A DNA stretch of 64,000 nucleotides, taken from positions 448,001-512,000 of the forward strand of contig CAVUWV010000008.1 in the NCBI GenBank assembly GCA_963745075.1. Reading direction: 5' to 3'. The first letter of the stretch is position 1. Each line of letters begins with the position of its first letter. The translations under genes and the position numbers were made by a program. This DNA comes from Candidatus Hydrogenedentota bacterium. Its GTDB lineage: Bacteria > Hydrogenedentota > Hydrogenedentia > Hydrogenedentales > SLHB01. This document shows, in pieces, positions 1 through 10,254 of the stretch. The notes under the pieces are model-generated. The model was not told the DNA's origin. It did no database searches and worked only from the letters and a program-made list of their open reading frames with translations.

Positions 1-121
1 ACCCACATGGCGACCGGCACGTATCATGGGAACCTTGAAAGAGCCGAGTTTCGGAACGCCAATTGCTTAGACGCCCGCTTCTACGGCAGCACGCTATAAA
101 CAGAAATCCACAAACGAAATC

Positions 122-1027
122 ATGAACAAGCTGAACGCATGGTTGAACAAAGAGTCCGTGGCCGGGTGGGTCATGGCGGGGCCGGCTCTGCTCGGGCTCA
201 CGGCCTTCATCGCCATCCCCTTCGCGTTAGCCGCAGGGCTGTCCTTTACCAACCTGCGTCTCGGCTCACCGTTGCCGGTGCAATGGGTCGGTTTCCAGCA
301 ATACGGCCGCGTGCTCGGGGATGCGTCGTTCCAACGGGCGCTGATCAACAACGCCGTATTCGCGGGCGTCGTGGTGCCGCTGCAGACCACGCTCGCGCTG
401 TTGCTCGCCATCGTCCTGAACCGGAACCTTCCGGGCCGCGCGATCTTTCGTACGCTATTCTTCATGCCCGTCGTGTTTCCCATGGCGCTCGTCGCCGTGA
501 TCTGGGAACTCATCTACGCGCCGGGCCCGAACGGCCTCGCCAACGGGTTCTTGCACTTCGTCACCTTCGGCGCGTGGACGCCGCACGATTTCCTCGACAA
601 TCCGTACCTCGCGCTGCCCGCGATCGTCGTGCTGTCCATCTGGCAGGGCGTGGGATTCCAGATGATCATTTTGCTCGCGGGACTGCAATCGATTCCCGAG
701 ATGCTCTACGAGGCCGCGCGCATCGACGGCGCTAACCGCTGGAACCAATTCGTCCACGTCACGCTGCCGCAACTGCGCAATCCCCTGATATTCACCGCAC
801 TGGTCACGTCGATCCTTGCATTCCGCGTGTTCGACCAGGTCCAGATCATGACCCAGGGCGGACCCAACGACGCGACCACCACGGTCATGTACCAAGCCGT
901 ACGCACCGCTTTTGACCGACAACAGGTGGGCCAGGCCTCCGCCATGACGGTCATCTTCTTTCTGATCGTGCTCCTATTCACCTGGGTGCAACGGTCGCTC
1001 GTGAAAGAGGAGCGCGAAATCGAATGA
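122..1027 (+). CDS. Carbohydrate ABC transporter permease (MalF/UgpA-like)
   Basis: Multiple TM segments and EAA motif LYEAARIDGANRWNQF. Confidence 0.93.
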   Translation: MNKLNAWLNKESVAGWVMAGPALLGLTAFIAIPFALAAGLSFTNLRLGSPLPVQWVGFQQYGRVLGDASFQRALINNAVFAGVVVPLQTTLALLLAIVLNRNLPGRAIFRTLFFMPVVFPMALVAVIWELIYAPGPNGLANGFLHFVTFGAWTPHDFLDNPYLALPAIVVLSIWQGVGFQMIILLAGLQSIPEMLYEAARIDGANRWNQFVHVTLPQLRNPLIFTALVTSILAFRVFDQVQIMTQGGPNDATTTVMYQAVRTAFDRQQVGQASAMTVIFFLIVLLFTWVQRSLVKEEREIE

Positions 1028-1869
1028 GCGCGGTACGAACACGTCATCGTGTGGGCGCGGTCATCAGTTTCGGCTTCTTAATCGTGGCCGTGCTGGTGTA
1101 CATCGCCCCCATCGCCTTCATGCTGGTCGGCAGTCTCAAACCCAACGATCGGGTCCTGGCGGAAGCCGGCACCCTCAACGCCTTCGTGCCGGACTCGGTG
1201 AGTTTGCACAACTACGCCAACGTGTTTCACCGCGTGAGCTTCCTACGGTTCATGCTCAACTCGCTACTCATCACCGGGTCCATCGTCGTAGGCGGACTTG
1301 CGATCAACGCCATGGCGGGCTACGCCTTTGCGCGCATGCGCTGGCCCGGACGCACCATCATGTTCGCCTTCGTCTTGTCCCTGATGATCCTGCCCTTCGA
1401 ATCCATTGCCGTGCCGCTCTTTTACCAGATCACGATCCTCGGCTGGCGCGACACGTACATTGTGCAAATCCTGCCCTTCCTGGCGAATGCCTTTTCGATC
1501 TATCTCTTCTACACGTTCTTCCTGAGCCTGCCCCGGGAACTCGAGGAATCCGCCCGTATTGACGGCGCGGGCGTGTACCGCACGTTCATCTCGATTGTGA
1601 TCCCGAATGCGAAACCCGTCTTCGCCACGGTGGCGATCATCACCTTCCTGTTTTTCTGGGGGTTCTTCCTCTGGCCGCTCATGGTGACCAGCGGCGAGGC
1701 GGTACGCCCCCTGCCCGTGGCCATTGCTTCGTTCCATACCCTGCCGCCGCTGCAATGGGGCGACATCATGGCCTTCGGCGTCATGATGGTCGCGCCCGTG
1801 CTGGTGGTGTTTTTAGTCTTCCAACGCTGGTTCGTCCAAGGTGTCGCCAGCGCCGGTCTGAAAGGATAG
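1024..1869 (+). CDS. Carbohydrate ABC transporter permease (MalG/UgpE-like)
   Basis: EAA motif LEESARIDGAG; ATGA overlap with the upstream permease. Confidence 0.93.
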   Translation: MSAVRTRHRVGAVISFGFLIVAVLVYIAPIAFMLVGSLKPNDRVLAEAGTLNAFVPDSVSLHNYANVFHRVSFLRFMLNSLLITGSIVVGGLAINAMAGYAFARMRWPGRTIMFAFVLSLMILPFESIAVPLFYQITILGWRDTYIVQILPFLANAFSIYLFYTFFLSLPRELEESARIDGAGVYRTFISIVIPNAKPVFATVAIITFLFFWGFFLWPLMVTSGEAVRPLPVAIASFHTLPPLQWGDIMAFGVMMVAPVLVVFLVFQRWFVQGVASAGLKG

Positions 1870-1925
1870 GGAAGGGCGCAACACAGGAAGCGGATGACCC
1901 CACCGTCTCATCATTAGTAATGGGG

Positions 1926-2059
1926 CCACTGGGAGCGCCAGGCACCAGCCTGGCGAAGCTTCGGAGCGACACCATTGAGGCTGCGCAGTCGCAGTTGATG
2001 TTATTGTGGCCGGTAAACGCTCCGAATCCCGCCATGCTGGTGCCTGGCGCTCCCAGTGG
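1926..2059. repeat. REP-like inverted repeat pair, family A (CCACTGGGAGCGCCAGGCACCAGCCTGGCG)
   Basis: 30-bp arms at 1926-1955 and 2030-2059 with 1 mismatch; same family at 15450-15538. Confidence 0.85.
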
Positions 2060-2268
2060 GGAAACTATATTCCTTCCTTCCGGTATAGTGTTTGTTGTCC
2101 GCACAGGGGTGCTTTACCCATCGCCCTCCAATGTGGCGCCACTCCTACCTCCGGACTCCGGACTTCCGCCTCGAATTGGCAACGCCACGCGTATTTTCGG
2201 TAGTATGGTACGTTGATTCCGGGCAATTCCCGCAATAAATCCGAAGATCGCGATATGGAGGATATGGA

Positions 2269-3675
2269 ATGTCTACGAAAAGTGATGTGACGCGCCGCGA
2301 TTTCATGCGTGATGCCGCCAAGGTGGCCGCCGGTGTGACCGCCGGGGCAGCGGTGACGAAAACCGCGCGCGCGGACGTATACAAGAGCATTCTGCCGCAG
2401 AGCGTCATGGGCGCCAACGAGAAGATCATCACCGGCCACGTCGGCGTCGGGAACATGGGGAAGCGGGACCTGCAGTTCGTGTGCATGCGCGACGACATGC
2501 AGCCCATCGCGGTGTGCGACCTCTTCCCGAAGTTTACCATGCAGGCGAAACAGATCATCGCCAGTACCGGGCGTCCGGAACCGACCGAACACACCAAGTT
2601 TGAAGAGGTCATCGAGAACAAGGATATCGACGTGGTGGTGGTGGTGACGCCGGACCACTGGCACACGGTTCCCGCCATGATGGCCATCGAAGCGGGTAAA
2701 GACGTGTATTGCGAGAAACCGTTGTGCGCCACCATCGAAGAGGCCAAAGCGATTCGTGCCTGCGTGCGCGAGCACAAGGCCGTGTACCAGAGCGGCACCA
2801 TGCAGCGCAGCGGCAAGTATTTTCAGGAAGCCGTTCAGATGATCCAGGATGGCTACATCGGCAAGATCGGCCGGGTCGAGTGCTGGAACAACGATCACTC
2901 CAAGATTGAAGGTATCGGCAACCCGCCGAACGAAGACCCACCGTCCTGGCTCGATTGGGACCGCTATATCGGGTGGACGCCGAAGGTGCCCTACAACAAG
3001 AACCGCTACATCTACAACTTTCGGTGGTTCAAGAATTACTCGGGCGGCAAGATCACGGACTGGGGCGCGCACTTGCTCGATGTGGCGATTTGGGCCATGG
3101 GCATGGAGAAACCCATTCGCCGGGTCACCGCCACCAGCGGCAATCTCATCCTCGAGGACAACCGGACGACGCCCGATACGCTGGACGCGTTCTGGGAGTT
3201 CGACGACTACATTCTCAGTTTCTCGAATCGCGCCTGGAGCCCGGACTGGCTCGAAGACACCGACATCGGCAGCCCCGGCCACGGCATCTTCTTCCACGGC
3301 ACCTTGGGCAGCATGCGCGTCGATCGCCTCGGCTACCAGGTCTTTCCGTTCCGTGACAACGGCGGCTGCGAACCGAAGGCCGTTCGGGACGCGCTCGAAA
3401 TGGACATGAACGTGGGCCACTGGCAAAACTTTGCGGAGTGCGTCCGCAGCCGGAAAGATCCAATTTGTAATGTGGATGTGGCCTACCACACCGTCGTGAC
3501 GTGCATCTCCGGCAAGTGCGCGTACATCGCAAACGCGAAGCTCGACTACGACGCCGAAAACGATAAGTTTGTGGGCGACTCGGACGCCGTGAAGACCGCC
3601 AATGAGTGGGCCTACCGTCCCTATCAGAACGGCTGGTCGTTGAAGGCTCCCCACTATGAGGGGTGGAAGGCGTAA
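2269..3675 (+). CDS. Tat-exported Gfo/Idh/MocA family oxidoreductase
   Basis: TRRDFM Tat motif, GVGNMG Rossmann motif, CEKP and DWGAH catalytic motifs; upstream GGAGG RBS. Confidence 0.92.
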   Translation: MSTKSDVTRRDFMRDAAKVAAGVTAGAAVTKTARADVYKSILPQSVMGANEKIITGHVGVGNMGKRDLQFVCMRDDMQPIAVCDLFPKFTMQAKQIIASTGRPEPTEHTKFEEVIENKDIDVVVVVTPDHWHTVPAMMAIEAGKDVYCEKPLCATIEEAKAIRACVREHKAVYQSGTMQRSGKYFQEAVQMIQDGYIGKIGRVECWNNDHSKIEGIGNPPNEDPPSWLDWDRYIGWTPKVPYNKNRYIYNFRWFKNYSGGKITDWGAHLLDVAIWAMGMEKPIRRVTATSGNLILEDNRTTPDTLDAFWEFDDYILSFSNRAWSPDWLEDTDIGSPGHGIFFHGTLGSMRVDRLGYQVFPFRDNGGCEPKAVRDALEMDMNVGHWQNFAECVRSRKDPICNVDVAYHTVVTCISGKCAYIANAKLDYDAENDKFVGDSDAVKTANEWAYRPYQNGWSLKAPHYEGWKA

Positions 3676-3748
3676 CGAGTGCGGATTTCGGGTTATGGAT
3701 TGCGGATTGAAAGACTAGACCGCGCAAAGCGGCGAAGGAAGGAATCCA

Positions 3749-4450
3749 ATGAAACGATATCGCAGTGTGGTTGTAATCGCGGCATTTCTTGTGCCGCTGG
3801 TGCTGGCCCAGGCGGCCGGCAAGGAAGAGTGGGTGAAGGAAGGCCTGCTTACGCAACAGGAAGCGGACGACGGGTTTGTTCCCCTTTTCAATGGCAAGAA
3901 CCTGGACGGCTGGTGGTGTCGCGGCGACAACAAGGACGCCTTCCAGATCAAGGACAGCGGCGTAATCCGCGTGACCGGCGAGAAGGGCGGCGACTGGCTC
4001 TTCACGGACGGCCAGTACGGCAACTTCATCCTGCGCTACGAGTACAAGTGCGTCAGCGGCGAGGGCAATTCGGGCGTGGGTATTCGTGCGCCGAAGGAAG
4101 GCAACCCCGCGTTTGACGGGTTCGAAATCCAGGTGTTGCGCCCGGGTTGGGAAACGCCGTACCAGCGCTCTTGTTCGCTGTACTCGATCCAGCCACCAAA
4201 GGTGGAGGCGGACAAGCCCTTCGGCGAGTGGAATTCCGTGGAAGTCATGGCGGACGGCACGCGCATCCGCACGACCTTGAACGGCACGGTGATTTACGAC
4301 GTGCATACCACCGACTTCACGCCCGAGACGGTGAAGGAAGACTGGCAGAAACCCGCGAACACCCGGCCGATGAAAGGCTACATTGCCTTGCAGGATCACT
4401 CGGATGCGGTTGATTTCCGGAACATCCGGATCAAGCCACTGCCGGAATAG
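3749..4450 (+). CDS. DUF1080 / 3-keto-disaccharide hydrolase family protein
   Basis: Signal peptide; LFNGKNLDGW, GNSGV, EIQV, GYIALQDH and FRNIRIK motifs. Confidence 0.9.
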   Translation: MKRYRSVVVIAAFLVPLVLAQAAGKEEWVKEGLLTQQEADDGFVPLFNGKNLDGWWCRGDNKDAFQIKDSGVIRVTGEKGGDWLFTDGQYGNFILRYEYKCVSGEGNSGVGIRAPKEGNPAFDGFEIQVLRPGWETPYQRSCSLYSIQPPKVEADKPFGEWNSVEVMADGTRIRTTLNGTVIYDVHTTDFTPETVKEDWQKPANTRPMKGYIALQDHSDAVDFRNIRIKPLPE

Positions 4451-4540
4451 GGCGAAACGTGCAACAACCAGGGACGACGAGCGTGGTCTCGAATGGTGTA
4501 GAATCGAACACACCACGGACCGTGGAGTGAGGAGCGCGAA

Positions 4541-5659
4541 GTGAATGCACCGGTTACACGACGACATTTCCTGGCCGTTTCAGGCGCTGCCGCGGCAGCG
4601 GTTCCGCGCGCCATGGCATCGCAAGGCCATACCGCGACCCGCGTAGGGATTATCGGATTCGGCCAACGGGGTGAGGAATTGACCCGGGAATTCGCGCGGC
4701 GGGACTGCCGGATATCGGCCGTGGCGGATGTGTCGACAGCGAACCGGGACCGCGCCCGCACGCTTACCGGCGCAGACGTTTGCGCCGAGTGGAAAGCGCT
4801 CCTCGACCGGGACGACGTGGACGCGGTCGTCGTCGCCACGCCGGATTATCTGCACGCACCCATGACCATAGCCGCGTTGCGTGTGGGCAAAGACGTGTAC
4901 TGCGAGACGCCGATGACGCGCACCCTCGACGAAGCGCGGGCGGTTCGCGACACCGCAGCCGCGACCGGGCGTATTCTCCAAATCGGTGCGACCGGGTTGG
5001 CGAGCGGTCCGTGGGAAACCGTGCGCGAAACCGTTGCGAACGGGCGGCTCGGTGAATTGTACTGGTGCCAGAGCAGTTGTCCTCTCCAAATGAGTGGCGA
5101 AAGTTGGCGCGGATCCTGGGAAACATCCGGCGGGATCGCGTCGGACGTGGTGTTCGATCGGGTGGCGTCCATGATGACCGGCCTGGGGTTGCGCGTTCCC
5201 GATCGGGTTTCCGTGGCCGGCGGCGTTTACGCGCGCGGCGCACGCGAAGTGCCCGATTCCTTTGTTCTGACGCTGGAATACGAGCGCGGCACGAAGATCG
5301 TGTTGACGTCCGCGAACGCCCACGGCAACGGCGCAGTCACCGTGCTTCGCGGCCGGGAAGCGCGCCTGCATCTCACGGAGAACAGCGTAGTAGCCGAGGC
5401 GGAGCCTGGATACGAACGCGCATTTGCGCGGCGTTTCGGGACCGGTCCCCGGGTCGTGCTGACACCGGCGCGGTCCTTCGACCTTCTCGACAACTGGATC
5501 GAGTCGATTCGTTCGCGCCAGGCCGCGGCCTGCGGGCCGGAAACGGCCTATCCGGTGATGGTCGCCGCTGCTATGGCCAACGAAGCCTATCGGAGCAAGC
5601 GTGCAGTCGCGTTCGATGCAGGGACGGGGTGCATCGGCATGGCTCCGGTGCGGTGTTGA
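4541..5659 (+). CDS. Tat-exported Gfo/Idh/MocA-like protein with degenerate active site
   Basis: TRRHFL, GFGQRG, VATPDYLH; the EKP motif reads CETP. Confidence 0.85.
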   Translation: MNAPVTRRHFLAVSGAAAAAVPRAMASQGHTATRVGIIGFGQRGEELTREFARRDCRISAVADVSTANRDRARTLTGADVCAEWKALLDRDDVDAVVVATPDYLHAPMTIAALRVGKDVYCETPMTRTLDEARAVRDTAAATGRILQIGATGLASGPWETVRETVANGRLGELYWCQSSCPLQMSGESWRGSWETSGGIASDVVFDRVASMMTGLGLRVPDRVSVAGGVYARGAREVPDSFVLTLEYERGTKIVLTSANAHGNGAVTVLRGREARLHLTENSVVAEAEPGYERAFARRFGTGPRVVLTPARSFDLLDNWIESIRSRQAAACGPETAYPVMVAAAMANEAYRSKRAVAFDAGTGCIGMAPVRC

Positions 5660-5707
5660 TTGTGGGGATTGCCAAGTCTGCCATTGGAACGATTGTAAAC
5701 ACTCGGA

Positions 5708-5985
5708 AGAACACAGCCGGGGCGGCTGTGCCACACGCGCCCGCCCGGTGGTCCGTTACCGGTTTTCCCGTCGTAGCGCATAGGCGATACAGCCGGCACT
5801 GGGCCTCGATCAAATCGGTCCCGCTTGGATCGGATTTGGCTAGTAGTATCGCGCGTCTGGTTGATTCGCTTTCAGCGAAATTCCTGAGAATAAGTACCGG
5901 CTATTCAGGCAGATCCAGCAACGGAATAGAGATGGCTGAAGTTTCTGAGTTGACCGTGTGGCACAGCCGCCCCCGGCTGTGTTCT
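5708..5985. repeat. REP doublet (AGAACACAGCCGGGGCGGCTGTGCCACACG) in inverted orientation
   Basis: Arms at 5708-5737 and 5955-5985 differ by one G; each arm has an internal CACAGCC...GGCTGTG hairpin. Confidence 0.85.
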
Positions 5986-6022
5986 CTTGGGTAATCGGTA
6001 TCCGGGTCCGGTAGTAAGCACT

Positions 6023-6727
6023 ATGGAAACACGTTTGCAATTCGACATACAGCCTCAGCCGGACGAGACTACATGCGGCCCGACCTGCCTGCACGCGGTT
6101 TACAACTACTACGACGACCAGGCGCCTCTGAGCGAAATTGTCAACGAGACGCCGACACTGGAGGAAGGCGGCACGCTGGCGGCCTTGCTCGCGGGGCACG
6201 CCTTGCGCCGGAATTATGACGCGACGATCTACACCTATAACTTGAAGGTTTTCGATCCGACGTGGTTTGCGCCGGAAGCCCCGGACATGGCCACCCGGCT
6301 GCGGGCGCGGTACGAGCACAAACGGTCCCCGAAATTGCGCAAGGTCATCAAGGCCTACATTGATGTGTTGGAAAACGGCGGGACGGTGCGGTTCGAGGAT
6401 CTGACGGCGAGACTGATCGAGAGCTATTTGATCGAGGGCATCCCGATTCTGACCGGGCTCAGCGCGACGTACCTGTACCGGTGCGCGCGCGAATACGGCC
6501 CCAAGGCGGATTACGACGACGTGCGGGGCGATCCGGCGGGGCACTTTGTGGTGTTGTGTGGATACCACAAGGAGACCCGGGAGGTGCAGGTGGCCGACCC
6601 GCTGCTGCCCAATCCGTTTACCGAGGATCAGCATTACGAAGTAAACATTGACACGGTCATTTGCGCTATTCTCTTGGGCGTCCTGACGTACGACGCGAAT
6701 CTACTGGTGATTAAACCGAAGGCTTAA
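6023..6727 (+). CDS. Peptidase C39-like family cysteine peptidase
   Basis: QPDETTCGPTCL (catalytic Cys), GHFVVLCGY (His), VADP (Asp); ATG at 6023. Confidence 0.85.
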   Translation: METRLQFDIQPQPDETTCGPTCLHAVYNYYDDQAPLSEIVNETPTLEEGGTLAALLAGHALRRNYDATIYTYNLKVFDPTWFAPEAPDMATRLRARYEHKRSPKLRKVIKAYIDVLENGGTVRFEDLTARLIESYLIEGIPILTGLSATYLYRCAREYGPKADYDDVRGDPAGHFVVLCGYHKETREVQVADPLLPNPFTEDQHYEVNIDTVICAILLGVLTYDANLLVIKPKA

Positions 6728-6742
6728 CGCGAGTTCACGCTT

Positions 6743-8218
6743 ATGGCGGTTCTGATCGTTGTGAACAAGCCGCAAAACTGGCCGCTCAAGATCCCGGGCG
6801 GCGAGGTCGTCGCGGCGCGAGATTACCTGACCGATCCCACCTACTACCGGCTGCGCGGCGCCCGCGTGTTCAACCTGTGCCGGTCGTACCGGTACCAAAG
6901 CACGGGCTACTACGTGTCGCTCCTGGCGACGGCCCGGGGCCACAAACCTATTCCAAGCATCGAGACGATCCAGGACGTTAAGTCCGCCGCCATCGTGCGG
7001 CTCGCCGCGGACGAACTGGACGAATTGATCCAGAAGAGCCTCAAACCGATCCAGTCCCGCGAGTTCACGCTGAGCATCTATTTCGGCCGCAATCTTGCGA
7101 AGCGGTACGACCGGTTGAGCGCCTACATCTTCAAGCTGTTTCAGTGCCCCCTGATGCGGGCGCGGTTTGTGTATCACGACGAAGACGGTTGGGAGTTGAA
7201 CAATCTCCGGATCATCTCGGCCAACGAGATTCCCGAAGATCACCACCCGTTCGTGGTGGATGTTACGCAGGAGTACTTCCGCCGGTTCCGGGTCTCGGGG
7301 CCGCGCCGGTTCACGCCGCGCTACGATCTGGCGATTCTCTACAACCCGAAAGAGGAGAATCCACCGTCGGATGCGCGCGCGCTGGAGAAGTTCATCAAAG
7401 CGGCGAAGAAGCTCGACATGCGGGCGGAACTGATCGAGCCCGAGGAGTACGGAATTCTGCCCCAGTACGACGGATTGTTCATTCGGGAGACCACCGAGGT
7501 CGACCACCACACGTTCCGATTCTCGCGGCGGGCCTTTGCCGAGGGCATGGTGGTCATCGACGATCCGGAATCGATCGTGCGGTGCGGCAACAAGGTCTAT
7601 CTGGCCGAGTTGCTTGATCTGCACCGCGTGCGCATCCCCAAGACGCTCATCGTGCACAAGGGGAATCAGGAAGAGATTATGCAGAAGATCGGTTTGCCCT
7701 GCATCCTGAAGGAGCCGGACAGTTCCTTTTCGCAAGGCGTGTACAAGGCGGTCAATGAAGCGCAGTTGCACGAGATGATCGAGCAGTTACTGTCCGAATC
7801 GGATCTCATCATCGCGCAAGAGTTTCTGCCCACGCCGTACGATTGGCGCGTAGGGATCCTGGATGGGCAACCGCTGTACGTGTGCCGGTATCACATGGCG
7901 AACCGGCATTGGCAAATCCAGCACAAGGACAGCGGGGGAAAGACGCGCTACGGCAAGGTCGACACGCTGCCCGTCGAGGATGCGCCGCCCCACGTCGTCA
8001 GCACGGCGTTGCGCGCGTCGAAATTGATCGGGGACGGACTGTACGGCGTCGATCTCAAGGAAGCGGGCCGGCGCACCTACGTGATCGAGGTGAACGATAA
8101 CCCCAGCATCGAATCCGGGTTCGAGGATCGCGTGCTCAAAGACGACCTGTATTTGAAGATCATGGAAGTGTTCCTGAAACGCATCGAGCAGCAGAAGGAA
8201 GCCCGGCAACCCAAATGA
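6743..8218 (+). CDS. RimK-family ATP-grasp ligase with N-terminal RLAN-type domain
   Basis: VFNLCRSYRYQSTGYYVSLLA N-domain; LKEPDSSFSQGV, QEFLPTPYDWRVG, YGVDLK and IEVNDNPSI ATP-grasp motifs. Confidence 0.9.
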   Translation: MAVLIVVNKPQNWPLKIPGGEVVAARDYLTDPTYYRLRGARVFNLCRSYRYQSTGYYVSLLATARGHKPIPSIETIQDVKSAAIVRLAADELDELIQKSLKPIQSREFTLSIYFGRNLAKRYDRLSAYIFKLFQCPLMRARFVYHDEDGWELNNLRIISANEIPEDHHPFVVDVTQEYFRRFRVSGPRRFTPRYDLAILYNPKEENPPSDARALEKFIKAAKKLDMRAELIEPEEYGILPQYDGLFIRETTEVDHHTFRFSRRAFAEGMVVIDDPESIVRCGNKVYLAELLDLHRVRIPKTLIVHKGNQEEIMQKIGLPCILKEPDSSFSQGVYKAVNEAQLHEMIEQLLSESDLIIAQEFLPTPYDWRVGILDGQPLYVCRYHMANRHWQIQHKDSGGKTRYGKVDTLPVEDAPPHVVSTALRASKLIGDGLYGVDLKEAGRRTYVIEVNDNPSIESGFEDRVLKDDLYLKIMEVFLKRIEQQKEARQPK

Positions 8219-9449
8219 GCGTCCCGAAGTATCACCTGTTTGACCGTTACGGGGTCGAACTCGAGTATATGATCGTCGATGCGGAGAGCCTGTCGGTTCG
8301 CCCCATCGCCGACGAGGTGCTGCGCCGCGTCGCGGGCGAATACGTCAACGAAGTCGAGCGGGGCCCACTGGCGTGGTCCAACGAACTGGTGTTGCACGTC
8401 ATTGAGTTGAAGACGAATGGGCCGGCGCTCAAGGACTCGACGGACTCGATGGCGTATTCCAGGAACACGTGCGTGTTATCAACGAGATTCTGGCGCCCTT
8501 GGGCGCGCGGCTGATGCCCACGGCGATGCACCCGTGGATGGACCCGCAGGCCGAAACGCGGTTGTGGCCGCACGAGAACAGTCCCATCTACGACGCCTTC
8601 GATCGGATCTTCTCGTGCCAGGGGCACGGCTGGTCGAATCTGCAGAGCGTGCACGTGAATCTGCCTTTCGCCGACGACGAGGAGTTCGGGAAACTGCACG
8701 CGGCGATCCGGTTGCTGATGCCGATCGTGCCGGCGCTCGCGGCCAGTTCGCCGTTTGTCGAGTCGGGCGCGACGGGGCTGTTGGACAACCGGCTCGACGC
8801 GTACCAGACGAACTGCCAGCGGATCCCATCGGTCACGGGATACGTCATTCCGGAACCCGTGTTTCTTTCCGCGGATTACGAGATCCTGATCCTGCAGCGG
8901 ATGTACGAAGACATCGCCCCCCACGATCCCGAGGGCATTCTGCAGGAAGAATGGCTGAACGCGCGCGGGGCCATTGCGCGGTTTGAACGAAACACGCTCG
9001 AGATTCGCGTCATTGACATCCAGGAATGCCCGAAAGCCGATCTCGCGGTCGTGACCGCCATTACTGCCGTGTTGAAAGCGCTGACGGAAGGGCGCTGGTC
9101 GGACGCCTTTCACCAGGAGGCCTGGGAAGTGGATCCCTTGTATGCCATCCTGCTCGCTACGATGCGGTCGGCCGACGCAGCGGTCATTCGGAATCGCGCG
9201 TATCTTCGGGCTTTCGGGCTTGACTCGTCGGCGGCCACGGCCGGCGAACTCTGGCAGCATCTGATCGAATCCGTGGTGCCGGACGGCGATCCGGTGCGAT
9301 CCCCCCTGAAAACGATTCTGAACCAAGGATGCCTCGCGCGGCGAATTCTGTCCGCCGTGGGCGGGGACTCATCGAAGAAACGCATTGCCGAGGTTTACGG
9401 GACCTTGTGCGATTGCCTGGCGGAAGGCCGAATGTTTGAAACCGCGTAG
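8215..9449 (+). CDS. Glutamate-cysteine ligase family 2 (GCS2/YbdK-like) protein, split by a frameshift at ~8430
   Basis: YGVELEYMIVD and WSNELVLHVIELKT in ORF 8215-8514 continue in another frame as GLDGVFQEHVRVINE...LMPTAMHPW, LQSVHVNLP, EIRVIDIQEC. Confidence 0.85.
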
Positions 9450-9575
9450 CGATTGGGGTTGACTCGGCGGCGTAGGTACTCGGTTTGGCAAGGTCGATTA
9501 CGATTACGAATTCGATTAGGATTACGAGTAGTGTGGGCCGGGGCGATGGGGTCGCCTGACGCAGGAGAGGGAATC

Positions 9576-10253
9576 GTGCGAATTCTGGTGGTGGAAGACG
9601 ATGCGAAGATCGCGTCTTTCGTGGCGAAGGGGTTGCGGGAGGCGGGCTACGCGGCGGAGACGGCGGCGGACGGCGAGGAGGGACTCTACCTCGCGGAAGC
9701 GAATAGGTACGACGCCGCGATCGTGGATCTCATGCTGCCGAAACGGGACGGGCTGAGTCTCATCGAAGCGATGCGCGAACGGCAGGTCCGGACGCCGGTG
9801 ATCATTCTGAGCGCGAAACGGTCGGTGGACGACCGGGTGCGCGGGCTGCAAGCGGGCGGGGATGACTACCTCACGAAACCGTTTGCATTCAGCGAACTCC
9901 TGGCGCGGGTGCAGGCGCTGGTACGGCGCACAACGGGAATGGCCGAGCCCACGGTGCTGGAAGTGGCGGACCTGCGCGTGGATCTGTTAAAGCGCGAGGT
10001 GATCCGTGCGGGTGCGTCGATTCAACTTCAACCCAAGGAATTTGCGCTGCTCGAATTTCTCATGCGTCATGCGGGGCGGGTGGTGTCGAAGACGATGATC
10101 ATGGAACACGTGTGGAACTATCACTTCGATCCCGAAACCAACGTCGTTGAGGCGCGCATCTGCCGATTGCGGGACAAGATCGACAAGGGCCGCAAACGAA
10201 CGCTGATCCACACGGTGCGCGGGGTGGGCTACGTCCTGCGCGAGGAACAGTGA
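9576..10253 (+). CDS. OmpR-family response regulator (CusR/CzcR-like)
   Basis: GTG start; RILVVEDD, DLMLP, DDYLTKPF, VWNYHFDPETNVVEARICRLRDKID, IHTVRGVGY. Confidence 0.93.
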   Translation: MRILVVEDDAKIASFVAKGLREAGYAAETAADGEEGLYLAEANRYDAAIVDLMLPKRDGLSLIEAMRERQVRTPVIILSAKRSVDDRVRGLQAGGDDYLTKPFAFSELLARVQALVRRTTGMAEPTVLEVADLRVDLLKREVIRAGASIQLQPKEFALLEFLMRHAGRVVSKTMIMEHVWNYHFDPETNVVEARICRLRDKIDKGRKRTLIHTVRGVGYVLREEQ

Positions 10254-10254
10254 C

